Shown: positions 41,279-50,769 of the stretch, piece by piece
Numbering within the stretch: position 1 is the first letter of the stretch
Layout: the number at the start of each line of letters is the position of its first letter
DNA from: Planctomycetota bacterium
GTDB lineage: Bacteria > Planctomycetota > Planctomycetia > Pirellulales > Lacipirellulaceae
Reading direction: 5' to 3'
Length of the DNA stretch: 64,000 nt
Assembly (NCBI GenBank): GCA_039190745.1
Contig: JBCCXZ010000004.1
Coordinates: 1 to 64,000, forward strand
Made by a program: the position numbers and the translations under genes
Notes under the pieces: generated by a model
What the model was told of the DNA's origin: nothing
The model's database searches: none
What the model saw: only the letters and a program-made list of their open reading frames with translations

Positions 41279-42259
41279 TCAGGGCCGGCCGTCCGGCCCC
41301 TCGCTCTTGGTCGTCTTTGGCGGGATGAGCCGCATCAGCGCAGGAGCGATCACCGGCAGTAGGCAGAGCGTGATGGCAACGCCGATGACGTTGAAGGCGA
41401 TCTGGGCGTTGGCGATGACGTTCTGGGCGCCCTCGCCGGGGAGGCGTTCGGCCAGCGAGATCAACGGACCAATGAAGAGCAGGCCGCAGACGACCGAGGC
41501 GGCGTTGAAGACGAAGTGGAAGACGCCGGTGCGGACGGCTTCGCGGGAGCGTCCGGCGGTGGCGACGAGCGTGTTGGAGACGGTGCCGATTTCGGCGCCG
41601 AGCATGATGGCCACGCCGGCTGCGGCGGTGACGGCTCCGCTCTCGGCGAGCTTGACCACGATGCCAACGGTGGCCGACGAGGACTGGATGACGACGGTGA
41701 CCAGGGCCCCGCAGAGGGCACCGAGGACGGGGGTCTCGCCGAAGCGTTCGATCCACTCCTGCCAGGCGGGCGTCTGGGCGAGGGGCTCGAGGGTGGCGTC
41801 GAGGCTTTCGAGGGCGAAGAACAGCAAGCCTACGCCGAGCAGGCAGGCGCCAACCTGTTTCACGCGTTTGCCCTTGGCGAGGAACTTCATCAGCAGGCCC
41901 GCGAGCATCAGCAGGGGGCCGAACTGTGTGACGCCCAGGGCGATGACCTTGGCGCCGATAGTGGTGCCGATGTTGGCGCCCATGACGACGCCCAGGGCCT
42001 GGGGGAAGGTCATGGCCCGGGCCTCGACCATGGCGATCACCATGATGATGGTGACCGAGGACGAGTCGAGCACCGTGCAGGCGACGGCGCCGGTGAGGAC
42101 GCCCATCACGGGGTTGGTGGTGAAGCGGTCGATCAGTTTCCGGGCCCGCTCTTCGGCGAGCGACTCGAAGCCCTCGGACATCTGCTCGACGCCCAGGATC
42201 AGCAGCGAGATGCCGGCGAGGACGCCGAGGGCGACCTCGAAGTAGTCGTAGGGGTTCAT
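41279..42259 (-). CDS. Na/Pi cotransporter family protein
   Basis: Repeated (D/Q)SSS motif; GANIGTT and GAEIGT. Confidence 0.9.
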   Translation of the reverse strand: MNPYDYFEVALGVLAGISLLILGVEQMSEGFESLAEERARKLIDRFTTNPVMGVLTGAVACTVLDSSSVTIIMVIAMVEARAMTFPQALGVVMGANIGTTIGAKVIALGVTQFGPLLMLAGLLMKFLAKGKRVKQVGACLLGVGLLFFALESLDATLEPLAQTPAWQEWIERFGETPVLGALCGALVTVVIQSSSATVGIVVKLAESGAVTAAAGVAIMLGAEIGTVSNTLVATAGRSREAVRTGVFHFVFNAASVVCGLLFIGPLISLAERLPGEGAQNVIANAQIAFNVIGVAITLCLLPVIAPALMRLIPPKTTKSEGPDGRP

Positions 42260-42299
42260 TGTCTTCCCCTCGATTACGCTCGGGGCTCTGGGGCGATTG

Positions 42300-42965
42300 C
42301 TAGTTCTTGAGTTGTTCTTCGAGCCACTCGCTCCACTCCTTGGTAATGGCGGGAGCGGCGAGGACCGATTCGATGGCGGCGGGGTCTCTCTCTTTGCTGG
42401 CGTAGAGCTTGGTGATCGTGGAGACGGGGATGGCGCCCTCGGGGGTGTCGAGGTGCTTGAGGGCGTCGCCGGCTTGGAGTTCGCCTTCTTCGTCGATGGC
42501 GAAGTAGAAGCCGGAGTGGCCGGTGGCGAGCATGTGCTTGAGGACCGACTTGTCGCCTAGGCGGAGCGCGAACTTGGAGCACGGCATGCGCGGCTCGGTG
42601 ACGCGGAGCACGACGCTGCCGCAGCGGTAGCGGGCGCCGATGAGGGCGTCGTCTTCCAGCAGTCCGGTGGTAGTGAGGTTTTCGCCGAAGGCGCCCCAGG
42701 TGAACTCTATGTTGGGGTAGTCAGCTCGCCACTGGTCGTAGTGCTCAGAGGCGAAGCCGTAGATCGCTTTGTCGGGCCCGCCGTGGACGGTGAGGTCGGC
42801 CTGGGCGTCGCCGTGGAGGTTGTGGCCCTCGGCCTTCACGGAGCCCTCGACGGGGGACTTGTAGATGCCGGTGCGGACGGTGCGGCCGTTGTCTTGCACT
42901 TCCCGGACCTGACCGACGTTGACGGAAATGATGGAGGGGGTTGGTTGAGCCATGGTCGGTTCCAT
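42300..42965 (-). CDS. MOSC domain protein (YiiM-like)
   Basis: TGIYK.P, D.Q.D..HGG.DKA, FGENLTT, PRMPC.K, SGFY. Confidence 0.92.
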   Translation of the reverse strand: MEPTMAQPTPSIISVNVGQVREVQDNGRTVRTGIYKSPVEGSVKAEGHNLHGDAQADLTVHGGPDKAIYGFASEHYDQWRADYPNIEFTWGAFGENLTTTGLLEDDALIGARYRCGSVVLRVTEPRMPCSKFALRLGDKSVLKHMLATGHSGFYFAIDEEGELQAGDALKHLDTPEGAIPVSTITKLYASKERDPAAIESVLAAPAITKEWSEWLEEQLKN

Positions 42966-42996
42966 CGGCCTCGGAGAGGCGTCCTAGAGGCGGGTG

Positions 42997-44145
42997 CTAC
43001 TCTGGCTGCTGGTTGGGGGCCTCGTTGGAATCGCTGACGCGGTGGGTGTCGAGCCCCAACGCGGCGGCTCGTTTCTTCCAGCGTTGCCGGGCGACGCGGC
43101 GCATGTCGGTGGCGGTGTCTGCCTCGTCCACGATCTCGGTGCCCAGCAGCGTCTCGATGAGGTCTTCGAGGGTTACGAGGCCGTCGGTGCCGCCGTACTC
43201 GTCGAGCACCAGGGCGATGTGCTCGCCGCTCTTGAGCAGCAGGTCGAACAGCGCGGTGAGCTTGGCCGAGGAGGGGACGGTTTGGATCTCGCGGCGGAGC
43301 GTGGCGAGGGTGGCGTCGGGTTGGTCGTGGGCACGCAGCAGGATGTCGCTGCGGAGGACGAAGCCGGTGACGCCGTCGATCGACTCGTCGTAAACGGGGA
43401 TGCGGGAGACGGGCAGGTCGGGCTGCTGGGCAACGACCTCGCCGACGGTGTGTTCTTCGGGGAGGGCGATCACGACCGTGCGGGGGGTCATGATGTCCTG
43501 CACGCGGAGCTTGCCGAGACGGAAGAGGTTGACGAGGATCTTCGACTCGCCGGGGTCGAGTTGGCCGCTCTTGGCTCCGATCTCTGCGAGGGCGGCGACT
43601 TCTTCTCGGGTAACGACGTGCTGGTGGCTGCCGCCGATGAGTTTGGTGAACAGCTCGGAGAGCCAGACCAGCGGCAGAAGCAGCCAGACTAGCAGCTGAG
43701 TGAGCGTGGCGATGGCGGGGGCGAGCGTGCGCCAGTACACGGCCCCGATGGTCTTGGGGATGATCTCGGAGAGGAAGAGGATGAGCAGGGTCATCGCGGC
43801 GGAGGCCCAGCCGACGGCTTGGTTGCCCCAGATGCTGGCAGCCTGCGCGCCGACGCCGGCGGCCCCGACGGTGTGGGCGACGGTGTTGAGGCTGAGGATG
43901 GCCGAGAGCGGCCGGTCGATGTTGGCCTTGAGGGCGGCGAGACGCTCGGCGGAGCGCTGGCCCTCCTCCTTGAGCACGGCGATGTAGGAGGGCGAGACGC
44001 TGAGCAGCACCGCCTCGGCGATCGAGCAGAAGAAGGAGAAGCCGATCGCGACGAACGCGAAGAAAATAAGCCAGAAGAGGCTGCCCTCCTCCGCCGCTGC
44101 GGTGACGGGGACGGCGGCGAGGGTTACGAGACTGGTTGGCAACAT
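42997..44145 (-). CDS. CNNM (DUF21)/CBS domain hemolysin-family protein
   Basis: SFFCSIAEAVLLS, AILSLNT.AHT.GA, SEIIPKTIG, IMTPRT, DEYGGTDGLVTLED. Confidence 0.92.
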   Translation of the reverse strand: MLPTSLVTLAAVPVTAAAEEGSLFWLIFFAFVAIGFSFFCSIAEAVLLSVSPSYIAVLKEEGQRSAERLAALKANIDRPLSAILSLNTVAHTVGAAGVGAQAASIWGNQAVGWASAAMTLLILFLSEIIPKTIGAVYWRTLAPAIATLTQLLVWLLLPLVWLSELFTKLIGGSHQHVVTREEVAALAEIGAKSGQLDPGESKILVNLFRLGKLRVQDIMTPRTVVIALPEEHTVGEVVAQQPDLPVSRIPVYDESIDGVTGFVLRSDILLRAHDQPDATLATLRREIQTVPSSAKLTALFDLLLKSGEHIALVLDEYGGTDGLVTLEDLIETLLGTEIVDEADTATDMRRVARQRWKKRAAALGLDTHRVSDSNEAPNQQPE

Positions 44146-44336
44146 CGGCGTGGTTGTTGAGGGTGGATTGCGTGCCGCCGCATGCGGCCGGTCGCTGTGT
44201 TTGTGCAGCCTACGGCATCGGCGCGGGCTTTGAAACGGCGCCGGCTTGGAGGGCCGTGTTGAGGGGGCGTCGCGTGCGCTTTTCCGCTAGAATAGAAGGG
44301 GTGGAACGCGGGTTGCGAACGTGGAGGAATCGGCGG

Positions 44337-45788
44337 ATGAGGCGTGTATTCTGGGCGGCATTGGCGTGGGTGGTTAGCGGGGCGGTCGGGGCGACCGCCG
44401 ACCCGCTCTACCCGAGCTTCAACGCTTTTCTGGCGGAGATCGACCGCATCGAGGCGATTGCCGACCCGACGCAACGGACGGGGGAGCTCGACACATTTTG
44501 GAACGGCCTGAAGTCGGCCGGGCAGGTGCCTTACGTGCAGGGGAACCAGGCGGCAATGCTCTACCGCGGAGCGGCGAGCAGCGTCACCTTCCCCGGCGAC
44601 GCGAACCGCTGGAACGCCAATGCATGGTCGGCGACGCAGGTGCCGGGGACCGATCTTTGGTTGCGGCAGTCGACGCTGCCGAGCGACGCGCGGGTGGATT
44701 ACAAGATCGTGCGGAACGGGCAGTGGATACTCGATCCGAACAACCCGTTGCAGCAGTGGTCGGGGTTCGGGCCGAACTCGGAACTGCGGATGGAGGAGTA
44801 CGAGTTCCCCGCCGAGACGGTTCTTGGCGCCGGCGTGGCGCGCGGTTCGTTGAGCGGCAACCAGCGGCTGTCGAGCTCGGCGATCAACGCCGACGTGAAC
44901 GTACGCGTGTACACGCCGTCAGGCTACGACCAGCATCAAGACCTGCCGGTGGTGTACGTGACCGACGGGCACGAGTACCTCGACAACCGGCTGGGGTCGA
45001 TGGCGACGGTGCTGGACAACCTGATCGGCGACGGGCGGTTGCAGCCGACGATCGCGGTGTTCATCGACCCGCGAGACCCCCGCACGGGCGTCAACCGGCG
45101 GGCCAGTCAGCTGGGCGGCAGCGGCAAGGGGGCGTTCGCCGACTTCATCGCCGACGAACTCGTGCCGACCATCGACGCGGGCTACCGGACGGACGCTAGC
45201 GCCGACAAGCGGGTGATCCTGGGCACGTCGCTCGGCGGGCTGTTCTCGGCCTATATGGGGGCGCGTCACCCGGACGTGGTTTCGAACGCGGCGATCCAAT
45301 CGCCGGCGTTTTGGTACGACGACTCGATCTACAGCACGTATTTCAACAGCACGACGCTGGACGACCAGCTGCGCATCTACATGGAGTCGGGCACGATCAA
45401 CGACGGCAACGGCGGGCCGACGATGGCGACGATCCTCGCCGATGGCGGGTACGACTACGTGTACGACGCGGTGAACCAGGGCCACTCGTGGGGGCACTGG
45501 AAGGGGGAGCTGGACGCGGCGCTGATCCACCTCATTGGGCCGGAGGCGTTTGCGGGCGACGCGGATCAGGATGGGGACGTTGACGTATCGGACCTGCTCC
45601 GTTGGCAGCAGTCGGGCGACGCAGCGGGGATCTCCGAGTGGCGAAACGCATTTGACGGCGGCTCGGCACAGTCAGCCGTGCGGGCCGTTCCTGAACCGGG
45701 TTCGGGAGGCGTGGCACTCATCGGCGCCGGGTGCTTCATCCGTCGGCCGGCCCGCTGCTACCGGAATCTTCGCTGCACGAATCGCTAA
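44337..45788 (+). CDS. Secreted alpha/beta-hydrolase esterase (Fes-like) with PEP-CTERM
   Basis: GGAGG RBS; signal peptide; Ig-like N-terminal domain; VYTPSGY, GTSLGG nucleophile, GHSWGHW; VPEP. Confidence 0.87.
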   Translation: MRRVFWAALAWVVSGAVGATADPLYPSFNAFLAEIDRIEAIADPTQRTGELDTFWNGLKSAGQVPYVQGNQAAMLYRGAASSVTFPGDANRWNANAWSATQVPGTDLWLRQSTLPSDARVDYKIVRNGQWILDPNNPLQQWSGFGPNSELRMEEYEFPAETVLGAGVARGSLSGNQRLSSSAINADVNVRVYTPSGYDQHQDLPVVYVTDGHEYLDNRLGSMATVLDNLIGDGRLQPTIAVFIDPRDPRTGVNRRASQLGGSGKGAFADFIADELVPTIDAGYRTDASADKRVILGTSLGGLFSAYMGARHPDVVSNAAIQSPAFWYDDSIYSTYFNSTTLDDQLRIYMESGTINDGNGGPTMATILADGGYDYVYDAVNQGHSWGHWKGELDAALIHLIGPEAFAGDADQDGDVDVSDLLRWQQSGDAAGISEWRNAFDGGSAQSAVRAVPEPGSGGVALIGAGCFIRRPARCYRNLRCTNR

Positions 45789-45850
45789 CCCACCCAACGC
45801 CGCTAACCCACCCAACGCCACAGCGGCCGCGGCTCGGTGACCGCGGCCGC
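45783..45850 (+). repeat. 18-bp tandem duplication spanning the stop codon, followed by a GC hairpin
   Basis: CGCTAACCCACCCAACGC twice (45783-45818), then GCGGCCGCGG-N8-CCGCGGCCGC. Confidence 0.8.
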
Positions 45851-45916
45851 CGGGGTGGGCGTCGCCTGTCATTGGCGTCTGAGCTGGCGTCCCTACCAGC
45901 GACGGGGAAGACGCGT

Positions 45917-46297
45917 TCAAGAAGGCGACATGATGTATTCATCTTCCTGCCCCACGGGCTGATCCCACGGTGAGATCGCCTGCTTACGGCGTTTGCCGCC
46001 GGCGCGGGCGAGCGTGCGTCCCACGGCGTGGGCCAGCCGGTCGGCAACGCGGCCAATGCAACGGCCGACGTTGGGGTCGCGGTCGGAGACCCTCACCTCT
46101 CCCGCTCCGCTGAGTTTGACCGCCAGCCGGCAGGCCTTGTCGTGGCCGCCGCGGGGGCCATTCACGTCCTCTACGACAAGCGACACGCGTCGTGCGCGGC
46201 CAGAGAAACGAGCGAGGGCGGCGCGGACGCGCTCCTCGGCGAGCCGTCGGGTTTCCTTGGACAAGACGCCGCTGCGGTCGACCATCGAGAGTTTCAT
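45917..46297 (-). CDS. HPF/RaiA family ribosome-associated protein
   Basis: L.RF...V.L.VEDVNGPRGG.DKAC motif. Confidence 0.78.
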   Translation of the reverse strand: MKLSMVDRSGVLSKETRRLAEERVRAALARFSGRARRVSLVVEDVNGPRGGHDKACRLAVKLSGAGEVRVSDRDPNVGRCIGRVADRLAHAVGRTLARAGGKRRKQAISPWDQPVGQEDEYIMSPS

Positions 46298-46558
46298 CGC
46301 GTGTCTCCGGGGGTTGCATTTCTGGCGGGCGGGCAAGGCCCTGCCCGCCTCTATCCATTAATACGACCAACCGGACACTTTGATAAAGAAGATTTGCGAG
46401 TCGATTCCTTAGAGAAAAACTAACTGCTGTCCGCTTCGGTGGCGCGAGGCGTCGTTTACGCAGGCGGGATTCCCGCCGGGCCACGCCCGAGGGCTGGCCG
46501 AACGTGGGAACCGCTTAAAGAAACGCGGCATAGAACGAGACCGCGCCGAGAGAATCCG

Positions 46559-47542
46559 CTACTCGAGGAAGCCGTTGGGGTGCGACTGGTGCCACTTCCA
46601 GGCGCTGGTGACGATCGACTCGACGCCGACGTGCTGGGGCTCCCAGCCGAGAGTTTCTTTGGCGAGCGTGGGGTCGGCGACCAGCTCGGGCGGGTCGCCC
46701 TGGCGGCGGCCGGTGATCTCCGACGGGATCGGGTGGCCCGTAGCGGCGCGGCAGGCCTCAATCACCTCACGGACGCTGGCGCCCTTGCCGGTGCCGAGGT
46801 TCAGGCAAAGCCCCTTGCCGGGCTTGATCTTCTCCAGGGCCAGGATGTGCGCCGCGGCGAGGTCGTCCACATGGATGTAGTCGCGGATGCAGGTGCCGTC
46901 TGGCGTGGGGTAGTCGTCTCCGAAGATCTTGATGCTCGCCCGCTGGCCGAGGGCCACTTGCAGCACGAGCGGGATGAGGTGCGTCTCGGGGTCGTGGTCT
47001 TCGCCGATGCTGCCGTCCTCGGCGGCGCCCGAGGCGTTGAAGTAGCGGAGCGCGGCGTAGCCCAGCCCGTAGGCGTGGGCGTAGTCGGCCATGGCGTGCT
47101 CCATGACCAGTTTGGTGAAGCCGTAGGGGTTGATCGGCGCCTGCTTCTCGCTCTCGGTGATGGGCACTTCTTCGGGCACGCCGTAGGTAGCGCAGGTGCT
47201 GGAGAAGACCAGCCGGTCGATATTGCAGGCCCGCATGGCGTCGAGCAGCGAGAGCGTGCCGACGACGTTGTTCTGGTAATAGGCCGCGGGGTCGACGACC
47301 GAGACGCCCACGAGGGCCGAGGCGGCGAAGTGCATCACGGCCTCGATCTGGTGCTCGCGGAAGACGGCCTTGAGGATCTCGGCGGTCATGAGGTCGCCGA
47401 TGATGAGGCGGTCTTCGGGGACGGCTCCTCGGTGGCCCTCGCTGAGGTTGTCGTAGACCCAGACGTCGTGGCCGCCCTGCATGAGCAGCCGCGCGGTGTG
47501 GGAACCGACGTAACCCGCCCCGCCTGTGAGAAGAACCCGCAT
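46559..47542 (-). CDS. galE: UDP-glucose 4-epimerase
   Basis: TGGAGYVGSH, FSSTCATYG, PYGFTK, LRYFNA.G, DGTCIRDYIHV. Confidence 0.96.
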   Translation of the reverse strand: MRVLLTGGAGYVGSHTARLLMQGGHDVWVYDNLSEGHRGAVPEDRLIIGDLMTAEILKAVFREHQIEAVMHFAASALVGVSVVDPAAYYQNNVVGTLSLLDAMRACNIDRLVFSSTCATYGVPEEVPITESEKQAPINPYGFTKLVMEHAMADYAHAYGLGYAALRYFNASGAAEDGSIGEDHDPETHLIPLVLQVALGQRASIKIFGDDYPTPDGTCIRDYIHVDDLAAAHILALEKIKPGKGLCLNLGTGKGASVREVIEACRAATGHPIPSEITGRRQGDPPELVADPTLAKETLGWEPQHVGVESIVTSAWKWHQSHPNGFLE

Positions 47543-47691
47543 GCCGCACCCCTGTGTTTCTCGTGTCTCTGGTGATCGCGAACGGGTCAGTTTCGCCGAT
47601 GGGGCGTGGATTGGCAAACCCGCCTAGCTGCGGACCGGGCCGGCCGTCATGATGCCGGGCGGTCGCCCCATGTTGCAGTTCCGGAGTTCTC

Positions 47692-48672
47692 TTGGCCGAA
47701 GCGGAAGGACCTCAATCGCGCGTCGCGTGCCGGGCGTACGGAAGGCTCGTTGAGTGGCTCGCCGCGAGCGGCGGGAGCGTGGCCGTGACGACGTACAACT
47801 CGGGCCGGCTGTTGGTGCTGGCGGCGCCGGAGGGGCGGCTGCGTTGGCGGGCGTGGCGTTTCGAGAGGCCGATGGGGCTCGCCGTCGAGGGCGACCGGGC
47901 GGCGCTAGCCGTGCGGGAGGAGGTGCTGCGCTTCTCGGCGAGGCAGACCGAGTCCGGCGGGCGGCTGCGGCAGGTCGGCCAGTGCGAGACAGGCAGAGTC
48001 GACACGCACGAAGTTGCGATCGTCGGCAGTCGGGTGCTGTTTGCCAACACGCGGGCGAACTGCGTCGCCCGGGCTAAACCGGGCGGCGGCTACGCGGTGC
48101 GTTGGCGGCCTTCGTTTGTGGACCCGGAACTACGACGAGACCAATGCCATATGAACGGACTGGGCGTGCGCGACGGCGAGCTGGCGACGGTCACGCTGTT
48201 CGGCCGGAGCGACCAGCCCCGCGGGTGGCGGACCGACGCACGGTACTCCAGCGGCGAGCTGATGGCGGTCGCTGATGAGAGCACGCTCGCCGGCGGGCTG
48301 TGCATGCCGCACTCGCCGCGTTGGCACGACGGGCGTTGGTGGCTGTGCGACTCGGGACGCGGCACGCTGTGCCGGGTATCGGACAGCAAGGCGGAGCCGA
48401 TCGCTGAGCTGCCGGGGTTCACACGGGGGCTTTGCATCGTGGGCGGTTACGCGCTTGTCGGCCGGTCGCGGTTCCGCGACGAACATGTGCTGGACACGAA
48501 ACGCATTACTGGACGCACGCAGACGCCCCGCTCCGGGGTGTCACTGGTGGACCTCGCAAGCGGCAAGGAAGTGGGCGGCGTGGATTTCCTCCGCGGTGGT
48601 CGGGAGGTGTTCGAGGTTACTCTGCTGCCGGGGCTGCCGCGGCCGCGGTTGGTGCTGCCGACGGAGTTGTGA
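47692..48672 (+). CDS. TIGR03032/DUF4915 family protein
   Basis: TTY..G.L, F.RPMGL, D.HE, F.NT..NC, W.P.F, D.CH.NG, MPHSPRW, LPGFTRGL. Confidence 0.85.
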   Translation: MAEAEGPQSRVACRAYGRLVEWLAASGGSVAVTTYNSGRLLVLAAPEGRLRWRAWRFERPMGLAVEGDRAALAVREEVLRFSARQTESGGRLRQVGQCETGRVDTHEVAIVGSRVLFANTRANCVARAKPGGGYAVRWRPSFVDPELRRDQCHMNGLGVRDGELATVTLFGRSDQPRGWRTDARYSSGELMAVADESTLAGGLCMPHSPRWHDGRWWLCDSGRGTLCRVSDSKAEPIAELPGFTRGLCIVGGYALVGRSRFRDEHVLDTKRITGRTQTPRSGVSLVDLASGKEVGGVDFLRGGREVFEVTLLPGLPRPRLVLPTEL

Positions 48673-49096
48673 CCGACGCAGCCGGAGCCCGCGAGGCCTT
48701 GAAGGCGTGCCAGAGGATCAACGAGAACGGCGCCCACCAGATGAGGTCGTTGGTGAGGATGGTCCAGCCCATCCGCGGCGGGAGCGTTCCCTGCATCACG
48801 GCGTCCACGAAGCCGATGGGGCCGAAGATTTTCCCGAGCAAACCCACAAGAATAATCGGCCAGTGCCGCACGGGGTCGGCCGCGGCGCAGGCGTAGCCGA
48901 CGCCGTAGACGCCCACAATCATGCCGATGCACTGCCAGAGCTGTGGGTAGGTCGGCAACGGGTCAAACCCTGCCCAGCGGAAGATGGCCATCGGGAAGAA
49001 GATGGCCCAGGCACCCCAGGCGAGGTTGTAGACGGCCGCGGCCCAGAGGACCTGGGTCATCCAGCGGGGGGATTCGTTAGTCGCCTGGGGGTTCAT
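48617..49096 (-). CDS. Small integral membrane protein (about 4 TM)
   Basis: AAVYNLAWG..WQCIGMIVGVYGVGY..HWPIILVGLLGKIFGPIGF..NDLIWW; overlaps the convergent gene by 56 bp. Confidence 0.75.
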   Translation of the reverse strand: MNPQATNESPRWMTQVLWAAAVYNLAWGAWAIFFPMAIFRWAGFDPLPTYPQLWQCIGMIVGVYGVGYACAAADPVRHWPIILVGLLGKIFGPIGFVDAVMQGTLPPRMGWTILTNDLIWWAPFSLILWHAFKASRAPAASVTTPSAAPTAAAAAPAAE

Positions 49097-49254
49097 CGTC
49101 TGGATCCTTTGGTCGAATACGTGCCTTCGCTGCTTGAACCGCGATTATGGCAGGACGGCAACTGCCTAGCGGCCACGGCTGCGGGTTGACGCGGGCCGGT
49201 TTTTCCGGTCTTTCGCGGTACGCACGGAGCTTCTTGTCCACCCGAGGAAGAGAT

Positions 49255-50691
49255 ATGTCGACCAGCTCGACGATTGTTTGGTTCCGCCAAGACCTGCGCC
49301 TGGCGGACAACCCGGCGCTGCTCCGGGCGGCAGAGTCGGGTTCGGTCGTGCCGGTGTACGTCTGGAGCCCCGAGGAGGAGGGCGACTGGGCCCCCGGCGG
49401 GGCTGGGAAGTGGTGGCTGCACCGGTCGCTCGAGTCGCTCGACGGATCGCTGCGGGAGATAGGTTCGCGGCTGGTGGTGCGTCGGGGCGACTCGCTCCAG
49501 CAGCTCCGGGCCATTGCCGAAGAAACCGGCGCTGAGCGGGTGTTCTGGAACCGGCGTTATGAGCCGCAGGCCATCGAGCGCGACAAACAGATCAAGGCGT
49601 CGCTTGCCGAGGACGGGTTGGGCGTCGAGAGCTTCAACGCGGCGCTGCTGCATGAGCCGTGGACCGTGGCCACGCAACAGGGCCAGCCATACAAGGTGTT
49701 CACGCCGTACTGGCGGGCGTGCCTGAAACAGGACATTCGGCGGGAGCCTCTGTCGAAGCCGAAGACACTCGATGCGCCTGGTTCATGGCCAAAGAGCGTG
49801 GAGCTCGATTCGTTAGCGTTAAACCCCAAGATCGCTTGGGACGCCGGTCTGGCCGAGACGTGGGACGTCGGCGAGGCGGCGGCGATGAAGCGGCTGAGGG
49901 CGTTCGCCAAGCGGGGCATGGCCGACTACGGCGACGAACGGAACCGCATGGACCACGACGGCGTGTCGATGCTCTCGCCCTACCTGCACTGGGGCGAGCT
50001 GAGCCCGCGGCAGGCGTTCGCCGCGGCGGACAAGCTGCGGGAGAAAGACCCCGGCGCGGCGGACGGCGTGAAGGTGTTCCTCAGCGAGATCGGTTGGCGG
50101 GAGTTTAGCTACCACCTGATGTACCACTTCCCCACGGTGGTCGACCAACCGCTGCGGGAGGAGTTCACGCGGTTCGAGTGGGACGACGATCGAGAGGCTT
50201 TGAAACGTTGGCAGCGCGGGCAGACGGGCTTCCCCGTGGTCGACGCGGCGATGCGGCAGCTCTACGCCACCGGCTGGATGCACAACCGGGCGCGGATGAT
50301 CGTGGCGTCGTTCCTCACGAAAGACCTGCTGATTCCCTGGCAGCGGGGCGCGGAGTGGTTTTGGGACACGCTGGTCGACGCCGACCTGGCGAGCAACACG
50401 CAGGGCTGGCAGTGGACGGCCGGCTGCGGGGCGGATGCGTCGCCGTTCTTCCGGGTGTTCAACCCGGTGAGCCAGTCGGAGAAGTTCGACCCGCAGGGGG
50501 ACTACATCCGCCGGTGGGTGCCGGAGCTGGGCGGGCTCGACCGGCCGCACATCTTCCAGCCGCACGAGGCGCCGCCGGGCGTGCTGCGGGCGGCGGGCGT
50601 CGAGTTGGGCAAGGACTACCCGCTGCCGATGGTCGACCACGGTGAGGCCCGGAAGCGGGCGTTGGACGTGTACCAGAGCATGAAGAATTAG
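49255..50691 (+). CDS. phrB: Deoxyribodipyrimidine photolyase
   Basis: WFRQDLRLADNPAL, S.LSPYLHWGELS, WREF, G.TGFP.VDAAMRQL..TGWMHNRARM, FRVFNP. Confidence 0.95.
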   Translation: MSTSSTIVWFRQDLRLADNPALLRAAESGSVVPVYVWSPEEEGDWAPGGAGKWWLHRSLESLDGSLREIGSRLVVRRGDSLQQLRAIAEETGAERVFWNRRYEPQAIERDKQIKASLAEDGLGVESFNAALLHEPWTVATQQGQPYKVFTPYWRACLKQDIRREPLSKPKTLDAPGSWPKSVELDSLALNPKIAWDAGLAETWDVGEAAAMKRLRAFAKRGMADYGDERNRMDHDGVSMLSPYLHWGELSPRQAFAAADKLREKDPGAADGVKVFLSEIGWREFSYHLMYHFPTVVDQPLREEFTRFEWDDDREALKRWQRGQTGFPVVDAAMRQLYATGWMHNRARMIVASFLTKDLLIPWQRGAEWFWDTLVDADLASNTQGWQWTAGCGADASPFFRVFNPVSQSEKFDPQGDYIRRWVPELGGLDRPHIFQPHEAPPGVLRAAGVELGKDYPLPMVDHGEARKRALDVYQSMKN

Positions 50692-50769
50692 CCGCAGATG
50701 GACGCAGATAAACGCAGATGATGAACAGGAAGCTCCTTATCTGTGTTCATCTGCGTTCATCTGTGGCTA
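50689..50769. repeat. 10-bp-periodic palindromic element (CAGAT family)
   Basis: TAGCCGCAGATGGACGCAGATAAACGCAGAT ... ATCTGTGTTCATCTGCGTTCATCTGTGGCTA. Confidence 0.9.

Noticed and set aside
48617..48672. 56-bp convergent overlap, possibly a truncated gene
   Set aside because: Only a low-complexity Ala/Pro tail overlaps and both cores look intact, so there is no support for a pseudogene.
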